From NCBI GenBank assembly GCA_021432655.1, contig MU271188.1, forward strand, positions 115,683 to 179,682: DNA of 64,000 bases. The letters run 5' to 3'. This DNA is from Atractiella rhizophila (Eukaryota). Position numbers and translations under genes: made by a program. Position 1 is the first letter of the stretch; the number at the start of each line of letters is the position of its first letter. Of the stretch, positions 59,859-64,000 are shown one piece after another. The notes beneath the pieces are model-generated. The model ran no database searches and had not been told where the DNA came from. It saw nothing but the letters and a program-made list of their open reading frames with translations.

Positions 59859-62749
59859 TCACTGACTCCTAAATTCCCTCCTCTGCGTCCCCTCCTGCAC
59901 TCTCCCTGCTGCGGTCTGCTGACTGACGACATGAGGCTGAGGCGGCGAGCTCCTTTCGACCTCATCGAACACGTCGCCGGAAGGATCGGTAAAGATCTCT
60001 CTCTTGTCGGCGAAGGAGTAGGATGCCTCTTTGGCCGGATAGAACTTGGGAGTGGGCATCCTTGGTGGAGCGGCCATAGGTCCCGCTGGATCCTCTTGTA
60101 GGAGGTGGACGCGAGTAGCCGCCGCTTCAGGCGACGGGTTACCTGCTCCGCCTGGTCCGTAAATCTTGAGAGAGGCCATCGTCAGCTTCAGGGCACAGAT
60201 CCTACACCATCTTCGTTAGTATGGTTTGCGTTTGGGGGGAGGGATAGGAGGGAGAAGGATGTACCATTTGTTCCTCCTCTGAGCCTTCAACGCTCCATTT
60301 TGCCAATTAGATTTATACTTGATATCGCTACCGAGAGTCATCTTCCCCTGATCCTCGAAATTCTGAATCGAGATATCCATGACCGGCAAAAAGTCCCTCT
60401 TCTCAGCAACCAAGAACTCCAACATCTTCTCCCTCAGCTTCTCGATCTGTTCAAAGCTCGTCCCAAACTCTACATTCCACACGAACGTCTCCGAGATGGG
60501 TCCGGATCGTCGGATGTTGGAGACCGCTTTCGTGTTTAAGACGCTGTGTGGGATTTGGACCAGCTTGCCGTCCGTCTGTCGAAAGACGGTGGAGAGGAGT
60601 GACATCTCTTTCACCACGTAAGCGACACCGTCCAGATCGACTCGATCAGATACGTCGTAAGGATGCTTGATGAAGAGGAAGATGATAGAGGAAAGTATCT
60701 CTTGCGCCGTCGAACCGATCAACCAGGACTAATCCATCCATCATCATTTGCTGTCAGTCACCAGATATACGGGACGGAGAGGGAAGGAAGACGGACGAGA
60801 CCCAAGATGAGCGTTCCGGCAGAGACGAGGAGATTGTTGAATCCGATATTCATCACTCCCAGAACGATGATGATGGCCACGACCGAATAAACAGAGACGA
60901 GGATCGAATTCAACCTCGCGACGGCAGAATCCAAATCTCTCATACTGCTAGCGAGGGCCAATCTCTCACGATGAATATCCAGACAAGCGAGTTCGACCTC
61001 TTCCAAACTCGCATCTCCATTCTCATCTCTGTCAAACTGTGCAAACGCAAACTCTGCCTGTTCCTCCGTATCAAACACTCCCTTTATATCCTCGAGGAGG
61101 AGATGGTTCCTATAAGCTGGAACGAAAGAATAAAATATCCTCCTAGCCAACTGTCTCGTTTTGTTGGTGCTCGACAAAGCATTCGTAACCACTGAACCCG
61201 GCGAATTAGGTTGCAAGATCCTTTCTCCCGCCAACTCGCTAGCGACAGTGCCAAACATGGTAGTAGTAGTCTGAGCGACACGTTTGACCTCCTTCAAAGC
61301 CTTCTTGAGAGCTCTAATCGAGTCCATCTTCCCCACTTCCGGTGCAACATTCGACACGTCCCTACTGTGAACGTAAAGACGGACGAGAGATCGGATTTGG
61401 GCTTTAGAGGCGGCGATTCTATCTTCGTAAGACTTTCGGTGAAAGTTGTATGCTATCATTTGCACGAGAAGCTTGATGACGAAGAGCAGGACGGCGTCGA
61501 TGAAGAAGGCAAAGACGAATTGTTGGAATTTGAACAGCGCCGACCCATCCCTGGTCGAGTTGTCTCGGTCCCCTTTCTTCCTGATTACAGCCTGCGTATC
61601 CCACCGTCATGTCGTATTTAGAATAAATGACTTGTGGTAGGAGGGAAGGAGACGAACGATGAAGACGATCCAATTGGAGAGGGACCAGAGAGAGAGTGCT
61701 ATGTAACGCGGGAGAGCGTTGAGGTATGCGATGTAATGTTTCAGTTCCGGAGCTGGACCATAGCATTCAGCGCGTCACAGTGTGTGAGACTGAGAGGGAA
61801 TACTGACCGATGGAGCCAAGAGTGATACGTAGGAAAGTAGGGATGGTGAGACCGATGAGGAGTGAGACGAACCATCCGACCCAGATGACTGAAAAGTAGA
61901 TCTGTGCCAACACATTAACATTTCCACCTACATGAGACGACGAGAGAGAAATATAGACGTACGGAGGCCCAAAGGAGGGGAATGGAGAAGATGGTGGCAT
62001 CCGGTGCGATGGTCAAGCCGATGATTCCAGGTATCCAGAGCAGACCAGCGATGGGAATGATGTAAATGGTCCAACGGATGAGCATCGAAGAATTTAGTAA
62101 GGCGAGCCACCACCTGGCGAGTTTATTGTTTGGCAAATAATCGCCTGCACACGAAAAATCACCATTCCCTTCTTATCAACAATAACAGGGAGAAATACAC
62201 ACCTTCAGCAAACTCCAACTTGGGTGCTCCAGCCTGAAAATCTCCAGTTCCCAAAGTGTCGGACTGGAAATACGACGGTCTAGGACGATGACCTCTATCT
62301 CTATCCCTTCCATTCCCGCTCGCATTTCCACCCATCCCATGAGCCGTAACTCGATCAAGGGAGGGAGAAACATCATTAACATTCCAACCCTTCTCAATCA
62401 AAATACTCTCATGTCTTCCCTTCTTCTCCTCCACCTCGTTCGCGAAGCGGGGGTGAGGCATAGGCATGGGAACCGATCCCATGGGGATGGAAGTTTCTTT
62501 TGCGCTCGACGAATGAGCCATTGAGGCGGAAGTGTGCAAGGGAGACTTGCTGGCGTAAGTGGATGTCGAATCTGAGGATTTTGAGCGACCACTCGGGGAG
62601 AAGGAGAGGGAGATGGACTCCTTGTCTTTGGAGTGGGAGTGGGAGTGGGAGAGAGGGGAGGGGAGGAGGGGAGGACGTCTAGGAAAGTCGGACAGGATGA
62701 GATGTTCTTCTGATGGATTGGGATGGTTGTTGGTGGGATTCTTCGACAT
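59859..62749 (-). CDS. MscS-like mechanosensitive channel with an EF-hand (Msy1/Msy2-like)
   Basis: IAYNFHRKSYEDRI, LARRIFYSF, EF-hand FDRDENGDASLEE, SIIFLFIKHPYDVSDRV, NIRRSGPISE, YKSNWQNGALKAQRRNKW. A probable 5'UTR intron lies at about 62753-62901. Confidence 0.92.
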
Positions 62750-63438
62750 CCCTGGCGGCAGGAGGGAGTATTAAAGAGCGTGGCTTTTGGGTGATGGTGT
62801 GATGGACGGATGGTTTTATAGAGGGTTGGCTCCGTTGCTTTAGACGCTGATGTCACGTCCCTTTCATGAAAATGAAACGGCATTAATATTGTTGGAACTC
62901 ACCCTTTTTCTGCCGCCTTCCCTACTCGTTATATCGCTGCTGATACACTCCTCTGCCGCTTGCTATCCTCAATATCCTGCCTGATACCTCCTTCCCGTAT
63001 ATACCTGATGATGCTGGTTTCAGGAGCTCAGAGCGATGCTGCGGTTGTTGTCCGCATTCCCTAATGGTGCTTTGCCGCACTCGCATGACAACTTGCACTC
63101 TTACGATCACAAACAGATTGAGATTGTGAGATTGGATGACTGGGATAGGATGGGGTGGGATGAGATGGTTAAGGATAAGGATATGATGGGGAGAGGAAGG
63201 AAATAAGAAATAAGGTGAGCAAAACGAGGGTGCTACTAGACGAGAGCCCGAGATCTGCGTCACAGACACTTCGCTATGTTTATCACACAATTCACACTTT
63301 TGGCAAGCAATGAAGCCCAATATAGCCTCCTCAGCAGCAGTTCGCAGCCGCGCCTCTTTACATTTCTTATATATTCTCCATCCCTTCCTCTAAGTATCTC
63401 TCTCTCCCAACCCCAACATTATCAACAAGAAAGCAGTG

Positions 63439-64000
63439 ATGACATCCAAACGACTGCTCCCCCTCCTCCTGCCTATCCTCCTCTTCTCCGCCTCCCTCCT
63501 CTTCCTATCTCCACGCTCCATCCACCTCCCCCTCTCATCACCCCTCTCCTCCCGTCCGTTCTCAACAGAAACCACTCTTTCAAGTTCACTTTCGCCTTCA
63601 GATTTACGCTCAGAGCTCTGGCAGTCTCCTACACCCCCTCTACCCCTTCATGCTACCTTAGACGAGCGACTGCAGAGCTGGATAGACGCTCCCCTCGCCG
63701 AACCGAGCGACATGGTCGCCTGGCATGCTCAGGTGTGTCTCTCCAGTACGACAGGTTACAAGCCAGAGTTAACAATAACAATGTGAAACAGACATGCTCC
63801 TCCAAGCTGCTACACAAAAACATGAACAAGGTCCAACTCGAAAACTCCCACATTCTCTGGTCGGCCCTCAACCGATCCACCCTCCTTTCTCTCCGGTACG
63901 AGTTGGCGGACCACCTGCGGTCCGAGCGCAAGCGCATTGAGGGGGAAGAGTATCACGGGCAGGGACGCGGCCTGGTGTTCACCGCTGGGAACGCAGACAC
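63439..64000 (+). CDS. Type II membrane glycosyltransferase, probably a GT71 alpha-mannosyltransferase (5' part only, runs off the window)
   Basis: N-terminal anchor LLPLLLPILLFSASLLFL and a stem region, then GQGRGLVFTAGNAD, which resembles the GRGIV..AG block of GT71 enzymes. Confidence 0.65.

Noticed and set aside
62631..62651. (GAGTGG)n short tandem repeat
   Set aside because: It simply encodes SHSHSH in the MscS-like N-terminus.
1..64000. Secondary-metabolite cluster (2OG oxygenase, SDR, questin-oxidase-like, BBE-like genes)
   Set aside because: The genes are dispersed among housekeeping genes, and no PKS, NRPS or terpene synthase lies in the window.
1..64000. CRISPR arrays, rRNA, tRNA or intact transposons
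   Set aside because: No repeat-spacer array, rRNA-like tract, cloverleaf, or transposase/RT/integrase motif was seen by eye.

Overview
Gene-dense, intron-rich eukaryotic DNA with short (mostly ~50-65 nt) GT-AG introns, many with GTNCGT/GTGAGT donors and CTGAC/CTAAC branch sites. This pattern and the gene set point to a fungus, most likely a basidiomycete (possibly Pucciniomycotina); the taxon is inferred, not verified. About 23 protein-coding genes can be spliced together by eye: GPI-anchored AA16-type LPMO, 2OG-Fe(II) oxygenase, UTP22, AhpC/TSA-like CxxC protein, SDR, GSKIP-like protein, TM-anchored FG nucleoporin, VMA16, questin-oxidase-like protein, Tea4/Bud14-like SH3-RA protein, NOP15, BBE-like flavoenzyme, RRM-TatD fusion, a membrane protein, secreted aldose 1-epimerase, PCH2, CFEM protein, HAK/KUP K+ transporter, cullin-3, histidine acid phosphatase, MscS-like channel, a partial GT71 and two hypotheticals. 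No rRNA, tRNA, CRISPR or intact transposon was recognised. Most notable: (1) a POM121-like TM + basic + FG-repeat protein; (2) an RRM fused in frame to an E. coli-type TatD nuclease; (3) H/ACA-like structured RNAs in unusually long introns of UTP22 and NOP15, and a 919-nt structured intron in CUL3; (4) an exact 175-bp tandem duplication that copies two exons of the SDR gene; (5) two apparent 1-nt homopolymer deletions, probably assembly errors. Exon boundaries were read manually and may be off by a few bases.
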